This document shows, piece by piece, positions 12,149-24,900 of a stretch of 54,330 nt of DNA. How positions within the stretch are numbered: position 1 is the stretch's first letter; every line of letters starts with the position of its first letter. This DNA comes from Chromera velia (taxonomy: Eukaryota): contig JAHBMJ010000188.1 of the NCBI GenBank assembly GCA_018398765.1, forward strand, positions 1 to 54,330. The letters run 5' to 3'. Made by a program: the position numbers and the translations under genes. Under the pieces are notes generated by a model that saw nothing but the letters and a program-made list of their open reading frames with translations, made no database searches and was not told where the DNA came from.

Positions 12149-13244
12149 CTTGTATTGACTTCAAAGGAGAAACCGGGATCGGAGACGGGATAGGAATTCA
12201 CAAAGTTAGGAGCCCAGTCAGCGATCAAATCAAACCGCCACTGAAACCTCACTCAAGCACTTTTCAGCTAAGCTTTTCATAACACGTTTCGGAACAACGA
12301 GTGCTAGCAGCTGTTCGCCAAGCTACAGATGCTGCTCCGCAGTCGGCAGAGAGAATGCATGGGATAACCGTGCACGAGAAGGGCGCAAAGCCGATTTTTG
12401 CACGTCTCGTATGTGACTCAAAGCCGATTTCAGTAAATTAAGCTCGATCCGCCTGGCGGCGCACCCTTCACCGCCCCCCCCGCGCGCCGTAGCGCGCCGC
12501 CACCCCAAAAATTTTTGATAGGCATGTTTTGATGATTGAGGTTTTTGTTATGCATGCCACGTCCCCGTGTATGAGAGGCGGATCTAGCCTAGTCTGTCAA
12601 AAGGTTCCGGTTCGTCCCGTCTGTTCTGGCATGTTTCACTGTGTTAACTGTGTTTTGATTAGTTTTGATGTGGAGACATGCACTACCCAGATAGGAGAAA
12701 CTAAGAAAAACTTCCATACCCCCTCGAACCTACTACTTAATACCTACTAATAAGTTTGTAAAACTATGTAAAACTCTTTTATCTCCGCATGTCTTCTTAG
12801 TAAATATATTTTCCCTTGATCATACATTTTTTTTTTTTTACAGTATAACTTATCAAATATTATCAAAGTATTACAAAGTATGTCAAAATTGTGAACGAGC
12901 ACCATCAGATCAGGCGCCTAGGGCCCCTCTTCTGAGAGTATCTGCATGGGGAGTTTAACATTAACTAACGTTAACTTAGCCTTACCTAGCCTTTAGTCTC
13001 ACTCTGCCGTAAATAGTACCTTTAAGTGCCTTGTTACATGACTATGGTAACCCACAGACTCGATCATTCATCGCTCTGTACTACTTTATAGTGCTAGTAA
13101 CAAAAAAATTTTTTTTCTCTACTTTTCATCAAATCAACATATAATCTTTTAAAAATGAAACACGTTTTAGAATAACTTAACTCAAGTTAAACTTGTACCA
13201 AGGAACTTAAAGAAAGCATACATACAGTGTGTATATATGTATTA

Positions 13245-13249
13245 TGTGT

Positions 13250-13297
<48 letters not shown>

Positions 13298-13381
13298 ATG
13301 TGTGCATGTGTGCATGTGTGCATTTGTGCATGTGTGTGTGTGTATGTGTGTGTATGTGTGTGTGTGTGTTTGTATGTGTGT

Positions 13382-13424
<43 letters not shown>

Positions 13425-13431
13425 TATGTGT

Positions 13432-13484
<53 letters not shown>

Positions 13485-13490
13485 TGTGTG
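13245..13490. repeat. Compound (TG)n/(TGCA)/(TGTA) microsatellite
   Basis: Seen directly. It generates spurious CV/HT ORFs. Confidence 0.95.
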
Positions 13491-13815
13491 ACATTGGCGT
13501 GATGGGAAAACCAACAGTATACTTTATACAACAAGAACTGCAGACTGCTTGTTACAAAGCCCTGTCAAGAGTACGGCCGGGGGGCTGGCGGGGGCATAAC
13601 AAGGAACAGTATCAGGAAGCATACTGAGTGACAGGCCATATGATATGAAAAAATGTAAAGACAATCAACTCTCAGCCTTAAAAGGGACAAATCGAACGGA
13701 ATTCTTCGAGAAAGGAAACATGATAAAAGAAAATCACAAAATGAATTCTAGTTTCTTCATTTATGAACCTCATCAAATTAGAATATTGCTTTTGTATTGG
13801 GACACTGGATGCCTG

Positions 13816-15015
13816 CTAACCAGATTTTGAGATCTTCCTCCTCCTCCAAGTCTCCCGCGCATGCATTTTTGGAGTCATTCACTGTAGATTCTCTACCCGA
13901 TTGTTTAAAGGATCCCCATCCATGTGGTCGACATGAAGGGTTCTTGCGTCGGCACCTCCAGCCACGAGAGCCTGCTTTTGCTCTTGCAGAAAGGCCTCGG
14001 CAACAAGTCGATGAACTCGAAAGTGCTTTCCTTTCACATGAGTGTACAGATATCCGCAGATCACAGATCCCGTACTGACTCTTCCATTTGAATCTCTCCG
14101 ACGTCCGTTGTTTGAGACCTCTATGCACGGAGTCAGGTCCAGATTCTCATACCTGGGTTCACGGATCGGTACAAGTCGACCGTTGTGGTCGTGGACAAAG
14201 TAAAGTCGCTTGAAATGCTCACCTTCCTGTAATTGCATCTTTCCTGGGTCAATTCTGATCTTCCAGCCCTTGATGTCTACCCCAGAAGGATTGCAGGAGA
14301 GGTGTGCCGATGATAACGAGCCGCGGCTGCCGGTACAAGTCTTCAAAAATCTTGCACAAGCAAGGAGACTGGTGAAGGTCTGTTCTTCCTCCGTAACTAG
14401 ATTTTTCGCAAAGACGGGGAAAGCATGTGAAGGCGTTCGGCGGGGTGTGTCGCGCGATGCTACCGTCTTTCCACTGTGCTCCTTTGGCGTCACCCATTGC
14501 AAATTCTCAACAGCATTGTTTTTCCTGTCCCCGTCCTTGTGGTTCACATGCAGGCACACATTAGGAAATTCTTTTGCTTTGTTCTCTCTCTCTTTTGACA
14601 AAAACGTCAGCGCGACAAGTCGGTGTACAGTGTGTGTGTTGTTTCTACCGAAGGCTCGTATGAATGCTCTGAAATAACCAGAATTCTTCTCCAGATTCCC
14701 CTTTCCTTCTGGACCGATAAGATGTCCGCGGCTATTCTAAATTTTTCCGCTTCGGGATACTTTCCACCCACACAATACACCGTTGAAGAGCGGAGGGATG
14801 TCCATAAATTCTTCTTCCTTACCCTCATGACTGCTCACAACTCCCTTGGTCCTCAGGCTGTTGTCGTTGAAGTGCCTGAGAGTCGAAAAATGGCGGTCCG
14901 AATGCCCACTTTGGAGCTGCAGCAAGCGATGTGGAGCTATGGACAAGAGAGGAGCCTGTAGCAGCGATTTGCTAGTCTGAAATAGACGGGCGACACGGGT
15001 TTGGCAACTGCGCAT
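13816..15015 (-). pseudogene. Intronless tandem HNH endonuclease (NUMOD4-HNH-NUMOD1/IENR1-NUMOD4-HNH), two in-frame stops
   Basis: One reading frame runs from ATG 15015 to TAG 13816, broken by TAG (14737-14739) and TGA (13879-13881, where the first HNH repeat has W). Motifs: EEFMDIP..WKVSRSGKI, GYF..VHRLVALTF, VNHKDGDRKNNAVENLQWVT, FTSLLACARFL, VSNNGR..GY..VHRLVAEAF, VDHMDGDPLNNRVENLQ. Confidence 0.85.
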
Positions 15016-15680
15016 GCTTTTGGTATTGCTTGCCCCCGTGCACCCCCCCTCAAGTTGGTTCAGTGAAGGTTCAGACCGTTTTGTTCTGTCCGTCCAGCCG
15101 ATTATGTGTGGAGCGTCCGTGTGTATCAAAGCCACAAAAAATTGCGCTAGCCTAGCTGTGAAGAAGTCACTTAGAAGTGACGCAAAAACTTGCTATCACT
15201 GCTGTGTGTAGCCTGCTTCCTGGCCGGCATGCAGGCAGTCCCAGGCTTGGAGTGGCGCACCATGCATGCATGCATGCATGCAAGGATTGCAATCTGACGC
15301 AAGCAAGCTGCATGCAAGAAAAATGAGAACTTCACGATTGACGCACGCCGGCCAGCTGACCAGGTGCCGGGGGGACACAAAAAAATTCGCGTGTCCGATG
15401 GTATCGGATAAGGGGGGAGGGGGGGGGACCGCGATCGGAAGAATGTAAAAGAGTCCCTGATAAGTAAATTGAAAACTTTCGGAGCATCTATACTGTCATT
15501 CAAGAACCAATATTGAAGGTTCATAGACTCACACTCCCAATCAGAGGTCTCAAGTTTTGTGCCTTGAATTTTCTCTGTATAGGCGATGATCCTTCATTTT
15601 TTTATTTTTCTCCTGCCATACATTTTTTTTGACCGGCGAAGCCAGAAGGCTTCTGGACACACTTTTTGCGCCCCCCCCCC

Positions 15681-15689
15681 NNNNNNNNN
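15681..15689. other. Assembly gap (9 N) after a poly-C run
   Basis: Seen directly. Confidence 0.99.
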
Positions 15690-17366
15690 CTCCACGGGAA
15701 AAGCTACAGAAACCCCCCTCCCCCAGGAAAAAAGCCCAGGGATGCAGCCTGTCGCTCTCCGGGGCCACTGATGCACGCGACGCGGGACCCCGGTTCATAC
15801 ACGCTTTTCTGGACCATTTGGGGTGGGATCTTTCCGGGGCCTTTTTTTGGTGAAAGACACTGTGTGCATAGGCTGGGGTATTTCTCTTTTATAAATGCTC
15901 CTCGCTTCGCTTTCCGGGCCACAATGTAACACGATCCTCTTTAGTCTCTCTCTGGTCCTGTGTCAGGCCAGTATGCATCTTGCCTAGGCATAGATCCTGT
16001 CCGTCTGTTACGTGCTGTCAGCGCAATGATGGCCTTGCCCCCCTCCCAGACTAAGCCATCGATCCTAGTTTATACCTTTTATGACAAACAAAAATTAATG
16101 TTTTTCATTCTCCGTGTGTTCGCATGGTCAACTCTGTCTATCTATAGATGAGCGTAGAGGTCTTCTTTCCCCTTCCCGGCTTCTTCTTCAGTGATGCCCG
16201 TGTCCAAATAAAAAAAATTGTTTCTCCTCAACATTTCTTTGTTAAACTTTTTTCATCACATCAATTTTCTCTCTCTCATACGCTTAACGGCTTTCGACTT
16301 CTTATTCATGTTTCTTCAATCTGATGTTACAAGGCTCTTCTTCTCTTTTTTATCTTTTACACGCATCACCTATAGAAATAGTCTTTTTCTTTCCTTCATT
16401 TCCCCTGCGAGTGCCCTGCTGGCTTTCCCCCTTCCTTTACTTTTTCTTCTCTGCAAGACATCAATGCAACGCGTACATGCATGCATACATGCAGTCGGCG
16501 CACATCGCGTGCCACTTCGTATGTTAGACTATATAGCAGCTGCTAGTAAGTAGCATGTAAGCTAAAGTTTCAATTCTGTGAAACGAAATCGTCCCTCTCA
16601 GCTTGCAGTCCAAGTCACACATGTTCCAGAATTTGTGTGAAGAACTTAAACCTGGACTTCAGGAACGATAACTGTAACCTCAGTCTGTAAGGGAATTGAC
16701 TTTTTTTTTTTTAGTTTGGCATTTTCTGTAGTCGTTTTTCTTATAGGTGTAAGTACAAGCCGTCCCCCGGTAGACTCGATGGTGGTGGACTTGAGGACTA
16801 CATCTGGAACACTGTGGACGTTTTGATCTGACGAAGACGGTCTCCGCCCAGCGCTGAAGGCGCCGGCGCGCTTTCTGCCTGCGTGCCGAAGGCGCACGGG
16901 CGGCTTTTACCAGAATTTGAATGCCAATAAATTAAAAGAGACTACTAAATGGAAAATAATACAAAAAAAATTATATTATACTATAGTATAATTTTATGAT
17001 TCTAACTATACTCCTATACATTGCTTTATCACTATCATGAGTAATGACGAGTAAAATCTATAATTAATTAAATGATAAATTTTGGTATGAACCTGGATTC
17101 GAACTAAAAATATTAAAATTACTATAAGAAAGCAATGCTAAGTTATGCGTCATGTACAAATATCAAAAATCTGGATTTGTTTAAACATACGACGTGTCAT
17201 ACGTCAAAAGAGGTTAACCATAGTTGACCGGCATAAAAAAAATAACTTTTCAATTACACTATGATTTTATAGTTATGACCTAGAAAACAACGCAATGGCC
17301 GGTGTTGGCCCTAGCGTTGGCCGCTGAGTGGCGTATTTCTTGACTTCAACTTGAAGGGAAGGATTC

Positions 17367-20300
17367 TCACAACCAGCTTGGAATCTTTGTTATCTTTTCA
17401 GGAGGCCTCAACACTCCTCCCTCCTCCGGCTCGTCTTCCCCTTTCCACCCGAGAAGACTTCTTCTCCCCTTCGGCGGACTGCTGTCACTTTCTCCACCCA
17501 ATCGCTGCCCCACTCCCCCCGCGTTACTGTGCAAACCCCTTCTTGCCCGTTCTCCTGTCCGTATCGGCTCTGCAACCGACACTCCATAGTTAGAGACGGC
17601 ATCGGCATCGCCTCCCAGTCTGGCCACTTCGGGTAGGGAGGACCAGATCTGCATGCAAAAAGAAGGGGACAAACTTTTTATTTTTTCACCTTTTGTCCAA
17701 TTGTTTAAGGAAGCCACGAAAAATTGCCTCGAAGCTGCGGTGCTGCAACAAAACCGGAAGGTCAAATTTGGTAACTGAACGAAGCAACCAAAACTTTTTG
17801 AACGACCCTTATGCCAGAATGAAGAGAATGCGTTCTATCCTGAGACTACAGGTTTTCATTCGCGGTATTTCCATTTACCCGACCCTCCATCTCTCTCTCT
17901 TTGTCCATTCGCAGAAATGAATTTGGGGTCCGCCTCTGCTGTCCCTCCCGTCCATTCCGTTTGAGCCCGCCCACCTGCTGTGCTGCCCGTTTGGTGTGTT
18001 GCGGGAACATCCGGGGAACTCCCGGTTGAATGACCTCTGCCCCCACGCCTCTGATGTTGATGAAGTGGTCCAGAATCAGACAGGCAGCCTTGGCGTCAAC
18101 TCTCCTGTCTTCCCTCAGGTGTGCGTCTCCTCTCCTTCCCATCTGTCTCTTGGCCTCAGCCGTTGAGAAGTTCTCGTTGAAAAAGAACACGGAGGGGGGG
18201 CGGCCCCGCACACGAAGCATCAACTCGTCTTCAGCAGCGTCCCGCAAGGCCGCAGCGAAGTCCCTGCAATTTGTTTGTTGTGTTTGAAGGAGCAAGAGGA
18301 CGGGGACGTAAAAAGGGAAACGGGGAGATAAATACAAACACACCAACGTGGATACATCCATAGATAGAGAAATCGAAACTAAGGAGCAAGCGAACGAGAG
18401 AGGGAGAAAGAAAGAAAAAAATGCAAGCAAGAAAAGAAGAACTGAGGAAGAAAAGATGAAGAAGACACCGGGCTTCTTTCCCAGCCTCCGTTTGAAGCAG
18501 AAGAGGAAACAAAGTGACTCCGAACCATCATGACAAGATCACGACCGAGGAGAACAATTAATTAAGCACTCCTCCTTGAAATGGAAAGAAAAACCATAGT
18601 CAAACCGACCGAAACAGCATCGTGTGAAAGTCCAATTCTCCGAAGTGTTTCAGACTGCATGGCATCGTGCCAGAGAGAAGACAAAGAAGTGGTCGGATAG
18701 AACGCAGAGCACGGCACAGAGGCAAAACGGCAAGAAAAAGCAACCAAGGATGCTGGGAGGAAAGAAAGAAGAAAGCAGGGTCGGAGGGCAAAACACAACA
18801 GTTCCACTCCATCTGAATCTTCATGCGATAAGGCACGAAAAAAGGATTCCCCTTTTCGCATTGGTTCCATTTCTGTTCCCATTTCCCCCTCCCTTCTATT
18901 AAACATTCATCTAGGCCGACTCTACGTAGTGTTCCCCCCTCACCGAGAGAAGGAACGAAAGTACAAGCAGCGAAAGTACGGCAAGGAAGGGATTGTAGGA
19001 GACAAGCGCCAATGGATGAATCACTGCTCCACACTCAGTTACTCACTCTCCCACTCACTCTGGCCGTTTCTGAACCGGTTTCCCGACCACAAACGTGGAG
19101 ACTCGGTAGGTCTTTGCTGCATCGGGCGAGGAGTAAGTCGTTGGGGGGAGATGCTACACACAGAGAGAGGTTGTTGGTGCTGGTCTTTGTGATTCTTGTT
19201 CATTAAGGAGGGAAGAAAAAAAGAAGGGAGACGAGGAGGTGCGATCGAGGGACTGCAGAGTCGCTAGACAGGGAGGGAGGCTTCAGAGTGGACGGACGAA
19301 TAGGTGAAGCTGCGCCGCGAAACTAAAGAAAGGGGGGGAGAAAGGCAAGCGAAAAGGGAAGAGGAAACGAGACGGCACAAAGACCTTTGTTTCATGTTTT
19401 TTCTCATGTAGAAAGGTCGCGTTCGTCTGAAAGCGATGAAATAAAGATTGCCGCATGGCTCAAGATTTGATGGTATTGTAGAACATTTCGGAGAGTGCTA
19501 GACAGACGGACAGACGGGCACTAGAATAGATGCTGACTCACCGATTCGCACAATTTTGTCTGCTGTCTCCTCGGGGATCGAAGACGTCTCGATGACTCGC
19601 AGCGGTTCCGACCGACCATTACTGGAGATTAGAGACAGACCTGCATGCCAGGACCACCCGCTTGATGATGAATCACTGCGGTATTGGCCATACCACAAAA
19701 GCCCATCCAAACGAACCGAACTGAAACCAAAAAGCCGGCAGAGAAAGTGGAGGATCCACCTACCGGCATTCTCATCCCCTGCCGCCCCCCCCCCCACCCA
19801 CCCCCCTCCAGCAAAACCATGCAAGAGACACACTCATTTCGTGTTTTTTGTATAATTAGTTACTGGACGGAGGCGTTTAAGAAGGGGAGGCGGACAACTG
19901 TTCCACAAATCTCCAGGAAAGGTAGAAGGGAAACCAGAGGAAAGGAAGGGAAATCATGTCACCCTACAACAGAGACCGCGAAGGACTGGCAAGGAAAGCA
20001 TTCGCGAAATTCATTTCCTTGAAACCATTTAAAAACGCGTCTTCATTTAGAAATCGTTGCGCAAAAGAGATTCATTCCACTCGATTTCAATCCACCCACC
20101 AGTCTTCCAGAGTCCGTAGTCCACACCGATCATGTCCTCCACTCCTCTGTACCCCTCCCTCCCTACAAACACAAAGTCAGAGCCGTACTGAGATTCACCA
20201 CTCTCCTCTGCCGTCTCCTCTTCCTCCCCTCGAGTCGAACCAAGCCTGGACAGGCAGAGGGGAAGACGACAACTGCTGTCTGAGGACCTCACATGCAGCG

Positions 20301-20517
20301 AAGGGAACTTCGGCCCCTCACAACTGGCTGGAGACAGGCAAGTGGAAGGGGAACTAGTTTGCCGCCGGAGTGCTGCAAAAAAGGCAAAGACAAAAAGTCA
20401 TTCCAGTCAAGATTATAATGCAAAAAGAAGCTTGCGCTGCACTGTCTTTCCAGGCCGAGAGCATCGAAGAAGTGGCCTACCCAGGGCGCCAAGAAATAAG
20501 GCGATGGGGCCCGACAT
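17367..20517 (-). CDS. yqgF: YqgF/RuvX-family RNase H-fold nuclease (pre-16S rRNA processing), probably plastid-targeted
   Basis: Exons 20517-20481, 20372-20100, 19640-19542, 19116-~19043, 18654-18610, 18263-~17879 (or stop at 17846), and a probable last exon 17649-17367. Conserved motifs in order: MIGVDYGLWKTGLS, STFVVGKP, FFNENFSTAEA, VDAKAACLILDHF. The N-terminus is hydrophobic then Ser/Arg-rich. Start and 3' end are less certain. Confidence 0.85.
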
Positions 20518-21501
20518 GCCGCAGAACGGACGGAAAGACTTGAGAGACGGAACTGCGGAGGATGGTGAGCTTCTTCGTGGACTCTCCCTCACTTTTGCGA
20601 AGAAGCACGATAAGTGCACAAGCCTTTCCGCAAGTGTTCACAGTGCCCAGGCTTGGTCGCTCCCAAAGGCTCCGGTCCGGTGGTCCTTCGTGGGCTTGCC
20701 AGATTGAAACGATTTTCTTGTTTGCCGTCTACGTCGAGGTACTACAATCTGGGAGCAGACTAGAACTCGAAGTACGCGGGCTTCATCGAACCATGAAGGC
20801 TCAGCAAACAACCTAATCACTCAAGCCCAGCAAAAGCTTCAGAGGCGACCGACACGATGTCACAATATGTCACAGTCTCGATAAGAGAAACAGCTCAAAG
20901 AGAATCTAAGTTCTTCGATTGAATTGAATTTTTGCCGTCTCCGTTGTGACCGTCGGCGTCGCGTCGGTGTTGCGTGGCCGTCATGCAGGTAATTGCAGGT
21001 ACGTTGGGGAGTGTTGTTGTACATGCAGGGCTTTTTTCCACACGAATTTCGCGAGCCCCCATGCAATTCAGAGATGACCGAATTGCATGGCCATGCCGCC
21101 CCCGAGGTAAAAGCCCCTTTCTTTTTCTTCGTTTCTCAACGACACGCCGAGGCGCCGCCAGAACACGATCTCGAGATTCTTGCAGCGGTCGATCACGACT
21201 TGCCAGTGACGTGTATATTGAGGTTTTGTCCATTCGGCCCTTCATTCGATGGTTTTGTTGCTCATGTGCGCGTCAACCAATTGTGAGGCAGGAGGACAGC
21301 GACCGAGTTGTTTCACCTGGGGGCGTCTCTCGGTCGAGCGAAAAGGCTTCACGTTTTGGTGACAGGGTGGGAATCTTGGCAGTCTCGTAGGCCTGACAGC
21401 CGTTTGCAAAGAGTCTCCGTATTTCAAGTCAGAGGCTCTTTCTGTTTCCTCACTTTATTGAAGAAAGAAAACTGCACAGTAAGGAGACTAATCCGGAGAC
21501 G

Positions 21502-21912
21502 ATGCAGGTCTACGGCGTCTCCTTTTTATTTTTCATCGGGGTTTTCTGTCTCTCTTTGCTGAAGCATGTGGCTGCCTTCCTATTCGTCCCAAATAACATC
21601 CCCAGAGGACTCCAAACCAGACAGGCAATAAGGCGGGGTGGGAGGCAGACACAAAGGGGAACTCGGAATACTGGTTTGGAAGCAAAAACACAAGAGAAAG
21701 GGGATGTGACCGTGTTTGGGGTAAGTCGAAAAGCTCCCGTCTCCTTTTGTTGGGCTGGTCTTTCTTTTCTCCTCCAACCAGCTTTCTACCTCTTTTGTCA
21801 ACCTCCCTTTTCTGCTTATCCGCGGAGCTTCTGTCTATCCAGACTATCCTTGCATGTCAGTCTGCGGACATTCGTGGGTGTTGCTGTTCTTCTGTGCATG
21901 TGTTGGAGTGTG

Positions 21913-21950
<38 letters not shown>

Positions 21951-24900
21951 CCTCTTTCCCCTCTCTCTCTGTGTGTGTATGTGTGTGTTGCATGTGCATG
22001 CCCCCCCCCTGCAGGCTGACGACCTGAGGTCAGTGAATCTCCACGACATGGTCAGATGGCAGCGTTTTCTGGAGGAGCACAGGACGCAACTGAAGGCTCT
22101 CTACAGGGGCACAGAGAGGGGGGGCAGGAGGGGGACAGCCTCTTTTCCCCTCCTACTGGACGTCTCGGACGTGCATCCGATGTACGCAGACACAGGGAGA
22201 GAATACGGTGTGAGGCAGTATGTGTGCAGCGATGTGCAGAAACTGAAGACGGTGCAAAACAGACTCGGTCAGCACTCTCTGGAAGAAAGAAGGAGGTAAA
22301 CGCTTTTGCGAAACCATCCGTTCCCTGCGTCTTGCCTCTCCCCCCCCTACTTCAATCAAGCCCTGGAGCTTTTGGTCGCTCGCTGTTCGTGTCCCCTCCG
22401 TTTTTTGGTGGTGATGTGTGAGCGTGAAGACTGTTTTGAATGCGTGTATGGTGGTTTACTGTGTGGACTGATCGCCCACTGTGCTTTCCCCCCCCCCTCT
22501 CCCTTTCCCTTGCTGGTGCATGTGCGTATGCAGAATCTGAAGACAGCAGTGTGACGCTGATCACTGGCCTCCCTCGCATCCCTCTGGAGAGTGACCGTCC
22601 GGGTGTGCTCAATCAGGAGAAGGAGAGGGAGGCTCCAGAGGGAGAAAAGGGGTTGAGAGGCCCCGACGGGAAGTTTGTGCCCTCTGTTTACATTGCATTC
22701 GCCAGAGAACTGCAGAAGAATCACATTCAGGTCAGCGATTGAAAGAAGGAAAGTGACCAATCAGACGAAGTGACACCGAAGAAGCGAAGTACAATCAGAC
22801 GAAGTGACACCGAAGAAGCGAAGTACGAGTCGCATGACAGGAGTACAAAGATTCATTATCTACTTCTCCAGCCAACACGATGCTCTTCTCCCTCGTCTTT
22901 TTCCCTCGCGCTGTCTTGCTGCACTCAGACTATTGCTGTGGACTTGAACGGCCGCGCTGCCTTCGGAGGTAAGGCGGACAGAGGGAGGGCGAGAAGGGGT
23001 CCTGGAGAGAAGGTGTTCTGGGAGAGGGGGACGGAGCTTCTCGACGGGGCCCTGCAGGTTATCCAAAGCCAGGAAGAAGACCGAAAGGTTGGTGGGGGGG
23101 GGAGGTGCAGGAGGCAGTGAGAGAACAAAACAGGCCGCTAGGCAAACCACTCGTTCCGAAGATTTCTATAAGAAAAATGGAGGAATGGTTTGTGTGATGC
23201 TGGGCGCTTTCAGTCCATGTATATTGAGGGAGACAGCGGAGGGGACAGGGCAGCGGGAGAGAAGAAAAGAGCTGCGGCGCTTTCTCCTTTGCCTTTTGTG
23301 GCTGCCAGCATAAGCAATTTCCTTCATTCTTCATGATGTTTCTACTGTACGAATTCTTCATGCACGGCGACTTTGGGACCGTAGTATGCTTCTGCGTATT
23401 TTTGAAGGAGCGGCTGTGACACTGAAGGCACTGAACCAAAACTTGAAGTTTCAGGAAGGCCCCTGGAAGCACTGATTGCGTTCTTTCTTTTTCAATTTGC
23501 AGAAAAGACTTGCGGCTTCGAAGGTGCGCTCGGAGGAAGAGAAAGAAAGGGAAGAGGGCGGGGTCCTGGGGCAGGACATGATGGGAAACGATGAACCAGA
23601 CAACCTGGAGTCGCGGTTCAAGTACAAAAAGGTGTCCAAGGCAAGGGCGGCATTCCTTCAAAAGTCAGTATGTCAGACTGCGCAGACGGAACTCGTCGTT
23701 TTGAAAGAATCAAGAGAAGCGGTTGGACGTCATTGGCTTTTTTTTTGGCTCCCAACGCCTGCAGATCTGTCTTTGTTCTGCCTGTCAGGTTGTCCCTCCG
23801 TGTCTTCATCTATCCATTTTTTCTTTTATTCTTTTTCGTTCATTTGTGCATGTGAGCGTTTCTCTCTGTCCTTTGCCGTGTGTTCCTCTGCAGGCGATGG
23901 GAGGAGAGGCAGAAGAGGTTGGGTCGCCGTGCAGAGAAGGAAGCGAAGAGAGCGGCAGCCGCTGAAGGACAGGAGGAGATTGAGAAGAAAAAAGAGAAAC
24001 CAGGTGGGTGTGTAATTTGGTCAGCGTTGCACTCTGATCTCATTGTGTCGAGAAGACAAAGTTTGTCTGCATTGTGACGAAGGAAGAAGAACTGATCAGT
24101 CGGGCATCCAGTGACTCAAGTTGTGCTGGAAGGGAACAGATGCGCTCTTCCCCCTCCCCCCCCCCCCTATTTGGTGTGTGTGTGTGTGGTGTGTGTGCGT
24201 GTGTTCATGCTTCACCTTTTCCAACTTCTCGTCGCTCTTTTTTTCTTTCGTTTATGTCCTTCCAGCTTTTGAAGACTTCATCGGAGACGACGCGTCGACT
24301 GAGGGTGAGGGTGCCTCGGCGGGGAAGCGTTCTCTGTCTGTGCGCGTGTACCTGCCTTTCTGGGACTTTGACTCAGGTAGGTAGGGAGGTTTGGGGAGGG
24401 GAGGGTGGAGATTGGAGTTCTTTCCGATTTTGCATTTTGTTTGTTTTTGATTTTACGCCGGGAGACATTTTTTTGTTCCCTTCGTTTCGGTGGGATTCGT
24501 TTCAGGAAGTAGAGAGAAGAGCAAATGGTTGCACATGCGTTTGCTCATGGATGCAGGCCGTCCATCGTGTTTGCATGCGGTCGTGTATGTGTATGTGTAT
24601 GTGTATGTGTGTTGACGTGGGCGTTTCTGTGGACATGCATCATATGATGGGGGAATGGATTTGTTTCTGCATGTGTGCATGTGTGTATTCATATGTCTTG
24701 CATGCATGCAGAGCGGATCATCGACGCCCGCGCTCGAGCTCAGAAGGCAGCAGAGCGTCTCCTCTATCTGAGGAAAACGTTGAAGTTTGTTGAAGTGGGA
24801 GGGTTCTTCGGTCAGTTTTTGTGAAACAACAGTTCAAGTCTAGAAAGAATGTCAGGATCAATCAAAAGGGAGAAGCGTCTTTGTTCACCGAAGTTAGCTT

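Noticed and set aside
13187..13627. CV/HT-repeat ORFs (also ~43.5, 50.0 and 53.2 kb)
   Set aside because: They are translations of (TG)n/(CA)n microsatellites.
13879..13881. TGA as Trp (organellar code) making the HNH gene intact
   Set aside because: A TAG also interrupts the frame, and neighbouring nuclear genes use TGA as stop.
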